This document shows positions 53,985 to 64,000 of a stretch of DNA of 64,000 bases, in pieces (position 1 is the stretch's first letter; each line of letters begins with the position of its first letter). This stretch comes from Azolla caroliniana (lineage: Eukaryota > Plantae > Polypodiophyta), in assembly GCA_043228905.1 (NCBI GenBank), contig JBHGNT010000008.1:16740001-16804000 (forward strand), in the 5' to 3' direction. A program made the translations under genes and the position numbers. Below the pieces are notes generated by a model. It was not told where the DNA came from and did no database searches. It saw only the letters and a program-made list of their open reading frames with translations.

Positions 53985-54290
53985 CAATGATTGAGGTGAA
54001 TGAAATCAAATGAATTCAAGTGAATGAATTCAAATAATTCACATGAATGGAGTAGATTAATGATCGAGAATGAGAGTGAATGAAATCAAATGGCCTACAA
54101 TATGATCAAATGAAATCAAATACAATATGATCAAGAATGCCAGTGATTGAGGTGAATGAAGTGAATGAAATCAAATGAATTCAAGTGAATGAATTCAAAT
54201 GAATTCAAGTGAATGAATTCAAATAATTCACATGAATGGAGTAGATTAACGATCGAGAATGAGAGTGAATGATATGAGTGCGAGTGATTA
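53985..54290. repeat. nested short tandem repeats (TGAATGAAATCAAA / GAATTCAA) upstream of the transposase
   Basis: Directly visible, with ~150-bp higher-order duplication. Confidence 0.8.
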
Positions 54291-54442
54291 ATAGACTATT
54301 AAGGAAGGGAATGGGTTAATTGGGAATGATGGGAAGACTCTTAGTGCATGCTACTGAATTTGGTGAATTAATTTACTGTAGTCGTTAATATGACTGTTGA
54401 GACGCCATCATTACACGTAGTTGGGCACTTCCCTATTACTAT

Positions 54443-54718
54443 GTCGGGCTCCCTTTTTTAATGAGTCGGGCTCCACATTATCAGTCGGGCTCCCTTTTTA
54501 ATGAATGGGGCTCCCTTTTTTAATGAGCATGAATGAGTCGGGCTCCCTTTTTAATGAGTGGGGCTCCCTTTTTTAATGAACAAGAATGAGTCGGGCTCCA
54601 CATTAATCAGTCGGGCTCCCTTTTTACCAGAGTCGGGCTCCCTTTTTAATGAGTGGGGCTCCCTTTTTTAATGAACATGAATGAGTCGAGCTCCACACTA
54701 ATCAGTCAAGCTCCCTTT
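54443..54718 (-). repeat. internal array of 10 (+2 degenerate) GGAGCCC motifs
   Basis: GTCGGGCTCC/GGGGCTCC units about every 20 bp, separated by T-tracts. Confidence 0.92.
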
Positions 54719-54844
54719 TGAATAAGATTCACATTGAGTCTTGTTATGTCTTTGAAGAAGATTGACATCGAGTCTTGTTATGTCTTTGAATAAGATTGAC
54801 ATTGAGTCTTGTTATGTCTTTCGTATTGTTTACAACAAGGACCG

Positions 54845-55346
54845 TGTTACCCCGTACGAGTTGTACGGAGAGTCAAGTGTGATGAGCGAGGGTCGAATAT
54901 TATCATGATGATGTTGTATATGTGTAGGGAACATAAATGTAATTGTGAGTTGATATGTATGTGAACACATGCACACGTGTGTGCATGTGGAGGGATACGA
55001 TGAGGTGTGAGTGAGTGTCCAGTATGAATGCTCTATGGGGCTTACACCCCTTTGTAACTACCCCCTCTTGTACTATTTAACCCCTTATGGGGAATGAATG
55101 AAGAATAAACCATTTCTCTCCTAATCTCTCTCTTGTCATCCCTCTTTCTCTCTCTCTCTCCCCTCAACGTTGAATCCCCTTGGGAGGGGGCTGGAGCCAT
55201 TCTAGGCACCACCCCCCACCCCGCAATGCTTCTCTATGCTTCTCTATACGATCTCTCATCATCATGCTCTTCATCATCCTCATCATGACCACCATGTCTA
55301 TCTTTATCATTCATCATCCTTAACCCTAACCCTAAAACCTACAACA
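54845..55346 (+). mobile_element. solo LTR (502 bp) nested in MULE-1
   Basis: TGTT...AACA termini; 5-bp TSD GACCG at 54840-54844 and 55347-55351; internal TATA-like CTATTTAA and AATAAA give the orientation. Confidence 0.85.
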
Positions 55347-55499
55347 GACCGAAGCACTCTTTCTATATACTTACTCTTTCTACAACAACATTCTTTGATT
55401 ACAACACTCTTTCTATATACTTACTCTTTCTTGGCCTTTCTCAAAAACCATTGCCGTGACTACTTGTCAATAAGCTATTAGTTTTATTCTTTTGACACC

Positions 55500-55850
55500 C
55501 AAAACATACAACCAAATATACAACCAAAATGAGATTCAAAATGAGATTCATAATGAGATTCAACTATTTACCAGATATTACAAAATGATTTTCAGATAGA
55601 GCCCACATTGAGTCATTTACAACCAAAATGAGATTCAAATATTGATTTGATATTACAAAAATGAGAATGTACATCAAATTGAGTCATATACAACCAAAAT
55701 GAGATTCAAATAATAAGACTCACAACCAGAATGTACATCAACAAAGACATATACAACCAAAATGAGATTCACACAATAAGACTCACAACCAGAATGTACA
55801 TCAAATTGAGTCATATACAACCAAAATGAGATTCAACTATATACTAGATA
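55500..55850. repeat. array of TACAACCAAAATGAGATTCA-like repeats downstream of the ULP1-like gene
   Basis: Several full and partial copies visible. Confidence 0.8.
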
Positions 55851-55930
55851 TTACAAAAAAGTTGACAATCCACATGAGATAGTAAATCGAGATCATATGT
55901 TTGATGTTACAAAGTACAACATGCTAGTGA

Positions 55931-57954
55931 TTAAAATAACCCTATGCCCAGAGTCTTTCGTGTCCATTTTGCCATGATTTTCCGAAGGAGTTGCACATCT
56001 TCGAATCCAAACCATTGCTCCTTACCCTACACCACAAGATGCCATCAACCTAAGCCCAAATTCAATTCTCATAAATACTTACAAATTGATCAGACTCAAA
56101 TCCTTGAATGAACTCCTCGACCAACATTCGAATGGTTTGCATCACGTAATACCCACAATCCGTCCCATTAGGTTGGGTTGGGATATGCAATACCTGGAAC
56201 CGCTCGTTGTTGATGATGCAATGGTCATGTGTGGCGCTAGAGATATGTCGTACAGCCAAATCACCCAATGTCTTCATGCCGGCAGTCGGATGATGATTTA
56301 GTGGATCGCAAAAAATAATATGGCTCCTCACCTTGGCATCGAGACCTATAGGAGTCTGTCGCATCTTCAACCAAAGCACCCAATGCCCTGAGTGCAATAT
56401 CGGAATGAAGACATATTCCCGTTCAGGGACCCGAGTGAGTATGTCTTCACCCTTATCACTTTGGCCTTCTAGTTGTACCCATAGTGGATCCACAATATGA
56501 AACCGCTTGTTGATCTCGGGGGGGCAACGAGTACTCCATCCATAAGTGGAAGAGGGTAATCATCCATGTGGATGCCATCTCCCCTACAGTGCACAACGAA
56601 CATAGTTCTACCTCCGTCAAAAAGACCGCTAGATCTAATCGTCGACAAGCCACCTGAAACCTGTTTATTAGGCCAGATTAGTAACTACAAAAAAAACATG
56701 AAGTTAACTATTGATCTCATGCCCCCACCATAACGGCATACCTAGTGAACTTTTTTCTTGTTGTGTTATCCCATGTTTTTGTGATTGTCCCAGGACCAAT
56801 AAAGACAATCCCAATGTCCGCACCCTCATCTGTGTCAGATGATGTAATGAACGACAACTTACTAGGGTCCACTGTTTTCTTGCGGATTTGGATTTTAGGC
56901 CTCCTTGGTTGTTGGGTTGTCGATTCTGACAGTTGGTCTTGACCACCATCGATCTCGACATGTGTCTCATCTTCTGGCATGGGAATTCCATGATTCTTAC
57001 ACTAAAATTCATACATAAGATTCACACATAATCATTCACACACTAGATTTAGACTCACATAAGATGCACACATAATCATAAACCTTACTTACATAAGCTT
57101 CAGACACAACCGCAATCTTCAACTTCAATTTTGCTATCCTATGCTCCTTTCCCTCGTCATACCTGGCCATCTGTTGGCTGACGAATTGGGCAATGAAATC
57201 GGCCTCCTTGGATGTTTGAAGTGCGTTCGGAGTGGCTTTGAAGATCTTAATCGCTCTTGTCCTCAACTTCCTCATGTGTGATTGGCGTGACCTGTTGTAC
57301 TTTAGCTCCGGATCCAAAAAACGCTTTATTGATCGTTGTCTTTCGTAGTGGCTGAAGAATGACGTGGTTGTACTCCTCATGGAGGTCGATTGCTCTTCTT
57401 CTTCTATATTTAGCCCTTGAGGCAGTACTACACGGATGCCATGTGCCTTCTGTAAGTGAGCCTCCATGTCAACTTTTTTGCGAAACCATCGTACCTCTTT
57501 TCTACATGAATCTCCAACGATACATGTGCGACATTTGATACCTGTTGAGTCTCTTCCCGCCTTGAAGAGGGACATGGGGTCCACTACAACAATGGTGTGA
57601 CATTTGCATTAGAAAAACCCAATATATACTTACTTCAATAATGATTATAAGAATGTACATCAACTCACCATTTACACTAATATCTTCAACACCTGGCCCC
57701 ACGTCATGTATGGGGTTCGTATCCATGTTCGAGTCTTCAGTAATGATGTTTTCAGCATCCATATTGTTGGATTTGGGGCACCTAGCACCCTTTCTTACAA
57801 AAACCCTAAACCATCATTCAAGTTAGCACACAAACATCACTATTTATACACAATATAAAGTTGAGAAATGATTCATGCCATACCTCCCTTCATAGGGTAT
57901 TGTTTCACCCCAATCCGCATCAAAGTCTATGAAGGTCTTGGACCAACTAGCCAT
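55931..57954 (-). pseudogene. MULE accessory gene: C2H2 zinc finger + helical region + ULP1/C48 SUMO-protease domain (one frameshift)
   Basis: Exons 57954-57884, ~57805-57669, 57583-57093, 57001-56742, 56660-56083, 56026-55931. ZnF CIVGDSC..WFRKKVDMEAHLQKAH; protease VFIPILHSGHW, IFCDPL, QPNGTDCGYYV (H-D-Q-C intact). +1 frameshift in a C7 run at 56518-56524. Confidence 0.85.
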
Positions 57955-59002
57955 CTATACAAAACACATGCCAAAACATTACCATATGTTTGTCTTTAAA
58001 TTCAAGAATACTTGAGTCTATCCTATTGTTTCTACACAATACATTAGTGTTAAGGATTTTGAAATGGACAAAAATTGTCAATGATTTCAAAAAATAGATC
58101 AATCTTAACAAATTCTAACATATCAATGTCAATAATTTAAAATTCATGAATGCTACTTGCAGTTTTTATTTTAGTTTTTGTAATATATATACATAGAGGG
58201 CACATTCTAAATTAAGGGAGATAGCCATAATAATGATACGTATTTAAATCATAGTCATAGTTCATGAGTTCATGACAAATAGTTGGTCTTCATGGAGAAT
58301 CCTAAATTCATTCAGCAAGAATTTATCATTTATCATTTAGAATACTATAATGGACACAACGTTTTACTTCCAACTTAAAACATACTTACGTAGACTTACA
58401 TAGCACACAACTTTTTTTAGTAAGGCATTCATTACATTATTATTATTTGGGGTCAAGCCATCGCAAAGAATGTATACAAGATTTGAGATTTGACCTCTAA
58501 ATGTGGGCATAAAAAAGCCCAATAATGCATGAATCACATGAGCAAATTCAAGCATTCAAATAATGACATTCAAACCTAATATGGATGATGATTGCTTGAA
58601 TACACATGGACAAGTATTATTTTTATTCCATGTCTACTCAAAACCATGGTTGATTGCTTGAAGACACAATAGAAGGAATAAAATCATATTAGGTTCAAGC
58701 AATCATCCATATTAGGTTGATGGTTTTTATGACATGGAATAAAACCTAAACCTAATAGAAGGAATATGATACCTAATAAAACCCTAAACCTAATAGAAGG
58801 AATATGATACCTACCTCTAGATTGCAGGTGCTCGCGGACAACCGGTGTTGTGCCTCACGGAAGATGTCTGCAACAGGTGCTGCCAAACAACAGGTGGTGC
58901 GGCGCGCTCAAAAACCCTAAACCCTCAACCTCACGCTTCTTGTTTGAAAACAGGAAAAAAATGACAGAAAAAGGCTTTTTATACTTCCCTCAAACTAATG
59001 AG

Positions 59003-59270
59003 AAGGGCTCCCTTTCACAAAGTGGAGCCCTTTTTCTGTGAGACGGGCTCCCTCTTTAATTGGTGCGCTTTTTCGCGCCTTTTCCACAAGGGCTCCCTTT
59101 CACAAAGTGGAGCCCTTCTTTAATGAGATGGGCTCCTTTTTCTATGAGACGGGCTCCCTCTTTAATTGGTGCGCTTTTTCGCACCTTTTCCACAAGGGCT
59201 CCCTTTCACAAAGTGGAGCCCTTCTTTAATGAGACGGGCTCCTTTTTTTGTGAGACGGGCTCCCTCTTTA
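59003..59270. repeat. right subterminal array of about 11 GGGCTCC/GGAGCCC motifs in ~106-bp higher-order units
   Basis: Three units each with the imperfect palindrome AAGGGCTCCCTTTCACAAAGTGGAGCCCTT. Confidence 0.9.
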
Positions 59271-59304
59271 ATTGGCACGCTTTTTCGCGCCTTTTCCACA
59301 GCCA

Positions 59305-59412
59305 CATTGGACGGTGCAGATCGCACGCGCCCTCATCTAACGACCTGCACCGTCCCTCTCCGCGATTCCCTCACTTGCCCTCTTTAATATTTGGTAGTAG
59401 TTAGACACCACG
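59305..59412 (-). repeat. MULE-1 right TIR
   Basis: Reverse complement of 50548-50655. Confidence 0.92.
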
Positions 59413-59587
59413 ATGTAATACATACATAATACATATACATACGACGTGTCTATTATGACACAAATCATAAAGAGGGCTGGTGAGGGAATCGTGGCCACAG
59501 ACGGTGCAGGTTGCTCAGAGAAGGCGCATGCGATCTGCACCGTCGAATTTTGATAAGGAAGAAGGCACGAAAAATAAAGCTGTGTAG

Positions 59588-59890
59588 AGGTCGCCCAACC
59601 GAAATATATTTTTAACAGGGTCGCCCAACCGACTCAATAAAAAGATGCAGGTCACCCAACCATTTATTTTTAAAACGGTTGGGTGACCAGTTTAAGCAAG
59701 TTGCCCAACTGCTTTAGGGTTTATATTGAGTTGGTCACCCAACCAACTCAATAAAAGATGCAAGTCGCCCAACCGTTTATTTTTAAAGCGGTTGGGTGAC
59801 CACTTTAAGCAGGTTGCCCAACTGCTTTAGGGTTTATATTGAGTTGGTCACCCGACCAACCCCATAAAAGATGCAGGTCGCCCAACCGAT
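59588..59890. repeat. subterminal array of about 11 GGTC[G/A]CCCAAC motifs in ~113-bp higher-order units
   Basis: Motifs in both orientations, including the hairpin GGTCACCCAACC...GGTTGGGTGACC; one more copy near 60143. Confidence 0.9.
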
Positions 59891-60992
59891 GACTATAAAA
59901 GCTTGAAACCTGTCATTATCTCTCATTTTTTCAAACGAGATTGACAGGTTGCTTTTGCCAGGAAAGAGTTGGGCGTCAAGCGGCCTGCAACCGACATACA
60001 CAACAATCAATCTCCTCCATCACTATTCCCAGGTATGTAATAAACCCTATTACATCACTTTTTCTGTTTTTTTTACATGTGGTAGGAATAGTTGAGGGAT
60101 TTTGTTTCTTGTTGAGGGATTACAATGATAAGTAGGTTGAGTTGGTCACCCAACCAACTCAATAAAGATGCAACTCAATGAAAGTTTATTCAATCATCTC
60201 TCTTTTTCATGTTTGTTTTTACAATAATCTCTCTCTTCTTAGCAGAAATATCTCTCTTTTTTTCATGTACTTCTGCAACAAATTTTGTATTCATAAATCT
60301 CTAATGTATTTCTTTATAAATCTCTAATTTGTTTTTGTTTATGTATTACTTTGTACACAATCTCAAGCATTCTGTATCATAATATTGAGAGGATTCCAGG
60401 AAAAATAGGGATATTAACAATCTATCCGTTCTTCACATTATTTTTGTAATAATATTTCTCGTCTTTCCATAATAATCATTCTTTTCCATGTATGTGTTTT
60501 ATGCACAATTCAATGGTTTTTCATCACGTCAGGGTACAATATCCATCATCCCTAATTTGGGCTATGATGATGATTTTTGCTTGTTTTTGGGGATTCAGTT
60601 TGCATTACTAGAAACTTAGGTTATAATTGAAATTATAGAAAAATACTAACCATTTTTGGGGGGATTTTGGGTTTCATTCGACATTGTTACAGCTTAGACA
60701 AATGTTGAAATTCAAATTAATGTAAAACTATTCATCTTTAGGGACTAGGGCCTCATCCTACATAAATTTAATCATGTAAAAAGTACTCATCTTATAGGAC
60801 ATTGGGATTTGAGTCTCATTCCTACTTAATCTAATTATTGCAACATGATAAGTAGGATATAACATATGGGGAGATTTGGAAGTGAGGGAGTAGGGTTTCA
60901 GGTTTAGGGTTTAATGATTTGATTGCTTAAACTTAATCTTGTGTGTTTGAGTATTAAATTCAAAAAATGTTTGATTACTTGAATGGTGGTAG

Positions 60993-62728
60993 ATGGCTTC
61001 CAAGTCCAAGTACAAAGATTGGTGGGATTTCGATAACAGTGACATATATCCAACTCAAGAGAGGTATGTCACGAACCAATCTCCCCTAATATTGGTTTAG
61101 GGTTTGATGCATGTATGTTGACTCGTGATTTGTGAAAGGGTCTTCGTTAGAAGACATTGGCGAAGTTCGTTAGCCGACATGTGTACAAGTGGGGACAGAA
61201 TGGATCAGACACATGCGCCTCATATCGAGCCCATACATGCCATGGCAACATTCGACCAATATGCTCCTCCAAATGGTATGTGGATTTGGTGTCGTTGCAA
61301 TATGTCAATCTTTATGCCAATCTTTATGTCAATCTTAAATATGTAACACATACAAAAGGAACAGATGCTCCACGCCCAGATTTGTTGTATAAGGTTGGAA
61401 GAGATGCAAATGGGAACAAGTCTCGTGCGTGTATTTATACTGAGTATTGCCACCTCTCGCCAAGGTGGTATCACAAAAAAAGTGACATGGAATCACATTT
61501 ACGCAGGGAACATGGAATAGACATAGTCCTACCGCGAGGGATGCGTATAGAGAAGGAGGAGGGTATTCTGGGGGCATGCTTTAATAGTTATGAGCATTAG
61601 AGATCACTCAGAAGATTCATGGACCCCGAAATCAAGTACAACAGAAATCGGCAAACATATATCTGGAAGTTGAAGGTTAGGGTTGTTCCGAGATACAACT
61701 CTATTCCAACTGAACTCTGTCTTGACACAGAGGCAAAGTTCGTGGCGCGATTTATGGAGAACGAGATGGCCATATACAACTCCAAAAAGGATGAACGTTT
61801 GGAGATGTTGACGAAGAAGATAACATCCGGTTTGGATTCTTATGTAAGTATGAGCGAGGATTTCATTTCAGATATGTGTTGGAGAGTTTATTGGCAGAAT
61901 TCAGATAATAACATGTGTCTTATTGTGGTGAAACTGTGTAAAAAGGCGGGGATATCCACCCAACCGCAGGGCGTGTCCACGGATGTGGATGAGGCTCTAA
62001 ACCCATCTGAGGGTGGTGTGTCCACTCCACCGAGACGGAGACAACAGAAGATGCCAGTCCGACAGAAGGATGTTTATTCCCTAACATAAGATTTAGATGA
62101 CGTTGCACCGGATGTGGCCATAGTTCAAATTCAACATGGCAAGGGCATAAGGTTATGGATCCAAACACCAAATCAACACTTTTCTAAGTAGGGTTTATGT
62201 GAAATATAAACTAGTATCCTATTAACTTACATGGGGTGTGATGTACCTACTCAAACTACATATTTCTATTCATTCAGGTACCAACTAACCTGCCAACGTA
62301 TCGATTTAGCCCTTGACGTTACCGAGTCAGATCTTGAGACCATGTGCAAGTGTCATGAAATGGCATCGACGTAGACTATGACCTTATTCACGTTGTGGAT
62401 GGAGTACTCGTTGCCACTCGAGGTGACAAAACGCTTCACCGTCGTCGACCCACTGTGGGTGCCGCTACATCAGCTGACGATCTTAGGAAGGTGGTTGAAT
62501 GTGATTTTATGTTCATTCCGATCGTGCTTGATGGGCATTGGGTGTTGTGGACGAAGATGCGACAGAAAGTTTCTAAGCTAACTAGCAAAGTAGTCTTCTG
62601 TGATCCATTGAACAATGCAGCGACTGACAACATGCGGAGAATGGCAGAGTTGGCGATTCGGAAAATTTCATCTGAACCGTCAGACCACACCCAACTCAAC
62701 CAAATTGTTGGGATTGTGGCTTTTACGT
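60993..62728 (+). pseudogene. MULE-2 C2H2-ZnF/ULP1 accessory gene, disabled and truncated
   Basis: First coding exon 60993-61063 (71 nt, same length as in MULE-1); RVFVR; CIYTEYC..WYHKKSDMESHLRREH; DPEIKYNRNRQ; FIPIVLDGHW, FCDPL, PTQPNCWDCGFYV. Stops at 61598, 62087, 62373 plus indels. Confidence 0.85.
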
Positions 62729-63482
62729 TGTCATGAAGATTTCAGGCCACAATGAGAAATCGGAGAATATCGGAAGAATCGGCGAGGTGGAGCATGTGCA
62801 CTCACCCTTGTACAAATCGTGTAAATGATAGGGGCGCCATCATGGCGCCGGACAATAGTTAATTCGGGACAGAGGATCCCATGTAATATGGGATTTATCC
62901 CACATTGTTACGCATCCCTCTCCTTGTTCTATAAAAGGAAGGGAGCGCCCTTTGTGAAGGGGTTGCCCGTTTTGAGTTAGGAGGGTATACCGTTAGATTT
63001 AGGGTTAGTTAGTTTCTTTCTTCTTCTCCTTCATCTTCTTCTTCCTCGTCTAGAGGGTTGAGAATTCGTGTTTGTTTAGGGTTTGCTTTTGCTCGGTCTC
63101 CTGTGCAAGACCCCGCTCGGCGCGACGAGCCCGTGAGCTCCCCGATCGGCAGCTTGGCAACAGACTGCGGCTGTAACCTACCTTGGTCTAGCTCGAAGTC
63201 GGGGTTGTATTCATTCCCTTGTAATATACATACTCATATTGGTGTATATTGGTGTATTTGGTGGTGTCGGCAGCACAACTCCTTGTTTCCTGTGCATAAG
63301 ATTCGGTGTTGCGCACGCATGCTCTCTCTCTTCCTCTTTCTCTCTCTCTCTCTCTCTCTCTCGTGTTCGGTTGCCTCCGGGTCGTGTCCGAAGTCGGTTT
63401 TCTTGGCCTCTCGTTCTCCCTCGTCCGAGACCCCCATGGTCCCGCCCCTTCAACACGCACGCACGTTATTTCGCAAAATATT

Positions 63483-63500
63483 TGGTGAACCCGACGTGAA
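63483..63500 (+). promoter_or_regulatory. Primer binding site complementary to tRNA-Trp
   Basis: TGGTGAACCCGACGTGAA is the reverse complement of TTCACGTCGGGTTCACCA, the plant cytosolic tRNA-Trp 3' end (from memory). Confidence 0.8.
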
Positions 63501-63516
63501 ACGGCGGCAACGGAGA

Positions 63517-64000
63517 ATGGAGTTGGAAGAAGACGACTTCGCGCAACTTTTTGTCGAAGCGTTGAGGGAGTTTGGATGAGCAACAGCAAGACAAGAGTCA
63601 GCGCAGCAAGCGATTGAACGAGTGGTCGAAAGAGTCAGTCGTTTTAACGGGGACAATGTCCCATTCTACTTGGAAGCCTACAACGCGGAAATGGAGGAGC
63701 GAGATGTAGATGAGGCGTTGAGGCTGGAGTTCTTCTGTCGAGTCATCGTCGTCCGTATGCACGCGGAAGTGGAGGGGCTCCGAGAAGCTAATAGTTCGTG
63801 GGAGGCCTTCGAAGAGGCGCTCCTGCAGGCATATGGAGGACGACGGAAGAGTTGGGGACGACGCGGCTTCGACTAGTGGGTGGCATCGGCGAAGACCTAC
63901 TGGGGCACAATGAAGGTGTTCCGAGAGTTCAAGTGACGGCTGGCTCGGCTCCCAGAGCGGGAACAAGGTTTGGTAGGGGTGGACAAAGTCTTGTTGTTCA
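63517..64000 (+). pseudogene. retrotransposon Gag N-terminus with in-frame stops
   Basis: MELEEDD...RFNGDNVPFYLEAY...SWEAFEEALLQAY, a capsid-like pattern; stops at 63577, 63874 and 63934. Confidence 0.7.

Larger units (their letters stand above)
50548..59412 (-). mobile_element. complete Mutator-like element (MULE-1), 8865 bp
   Basis: 9-bp TSD ATGTAATAC (50539-50547, 59413-59421). ~100-bp imperfect TIRs with near-perfect core CTAACT[G/A]CTACCAAATATTAAAGAGGGCAAGTGAGGGAATCGCGGAGAGGGACGGTGCAGGTCG. Contains a MULE transposase and a ULP1-like gene. Confidence 0.95.
59442..62728 (+). mobile_element. second, related Mutator-like element (MULE-2), inverted relative to MULE-1; interrupted by an LTR element, other end outside the window
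   Basis: Starts CGACGTGTCTA...CAAAT...AAGAGGGCTGGTGAGGGAATCG...GACGGTGCAGGT...GCGATCTGCACCGTC, which aligns with the MULE-1 TIR from its first base; carries a homologous ZnF-ULP1 gene. Confidence 0.88.
62729..64000 (+). mobile_element. LTR retrotransposon 5' end (probably Ty3/gypsy) inserted in MULE-2
   Basis: TGTCATG starts exactly where ULP1 homology stops; LTR to ~63480 with CTATAAAAG; PBS at 63483-63500; gag-like ORF follows. Pol is outside the window, so the superfamily is inferred. Confidence 0.8.

Noticed and set aside
59038-59404. Repetitive ORFs at the MULE-1 right end
   Set aside because: Translations of the subterminal array and TIR.
50548-59412. Zisupton/KDZ or CACTA assignment because of ULP1 and SWIM
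   Set aside because: The 9-bp TSD, long TIRs and D-D-CxxH-E spacing fit Mutator; there are no CACTA termini.
50515-59441. 25-bp direct repeat as a very long TSD
   Set aside because: The TIRs align symmetrically only with ends at 50548 and 59412, giving the 9-bp TSD ATGTAATAC; the 25-mer is pre-existing microsatellite periodicity.

Overview
Eukaryotic land-plant nuclear DNA; intron-rich genes, heavy TE load and an algal-like HAP2 suggest a seed-free plant such as a fern (inference). From left to right: (1) a Ty1/copia LTR retrotransposon (1-5540) with near-identical LTRs, several in-frame stops and a C-terminal extension lying between two PPT copies; (2) AT-rich intergenic DNA with a MITE-like remnant and a short (TTAGGG)n tract; (3) an intact 11-exon TOM1/TOM3/THH1-family gene (+, 14735-23846); (4) a convergent, intact 18-exon HAP2/GCS1 gamete-fusogen gene (-, 25550-50291, 677 aa) whose introns hold many copies of one LINE family; (5) 256 bp upstream of the HAP2 ATG, a complete 8.9-kb Mutator-like element (50548-59412; TIRs, 9-bp TSD) carrying a disabled transposase, a spliced C2H2-zinc-finger/ULP1 protease gene, three arrays of a GGAGCCC motif and a nested solo LTR; (6) 29 bp further, an inverted relative with a homologous TIR and accessory gene but a different motif array, interrupted by an LTR retroelement with a tRNA-Trp PBS. 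The best candidate for an undescribed system is the MULE ZnF-ULP1 gene plus family-specific motif arrays, whose architecture recalls VANDAL/VANC anti-silencing. All gene models were built by hand from GT-AG sites and recalled family motifs; no searches were run.
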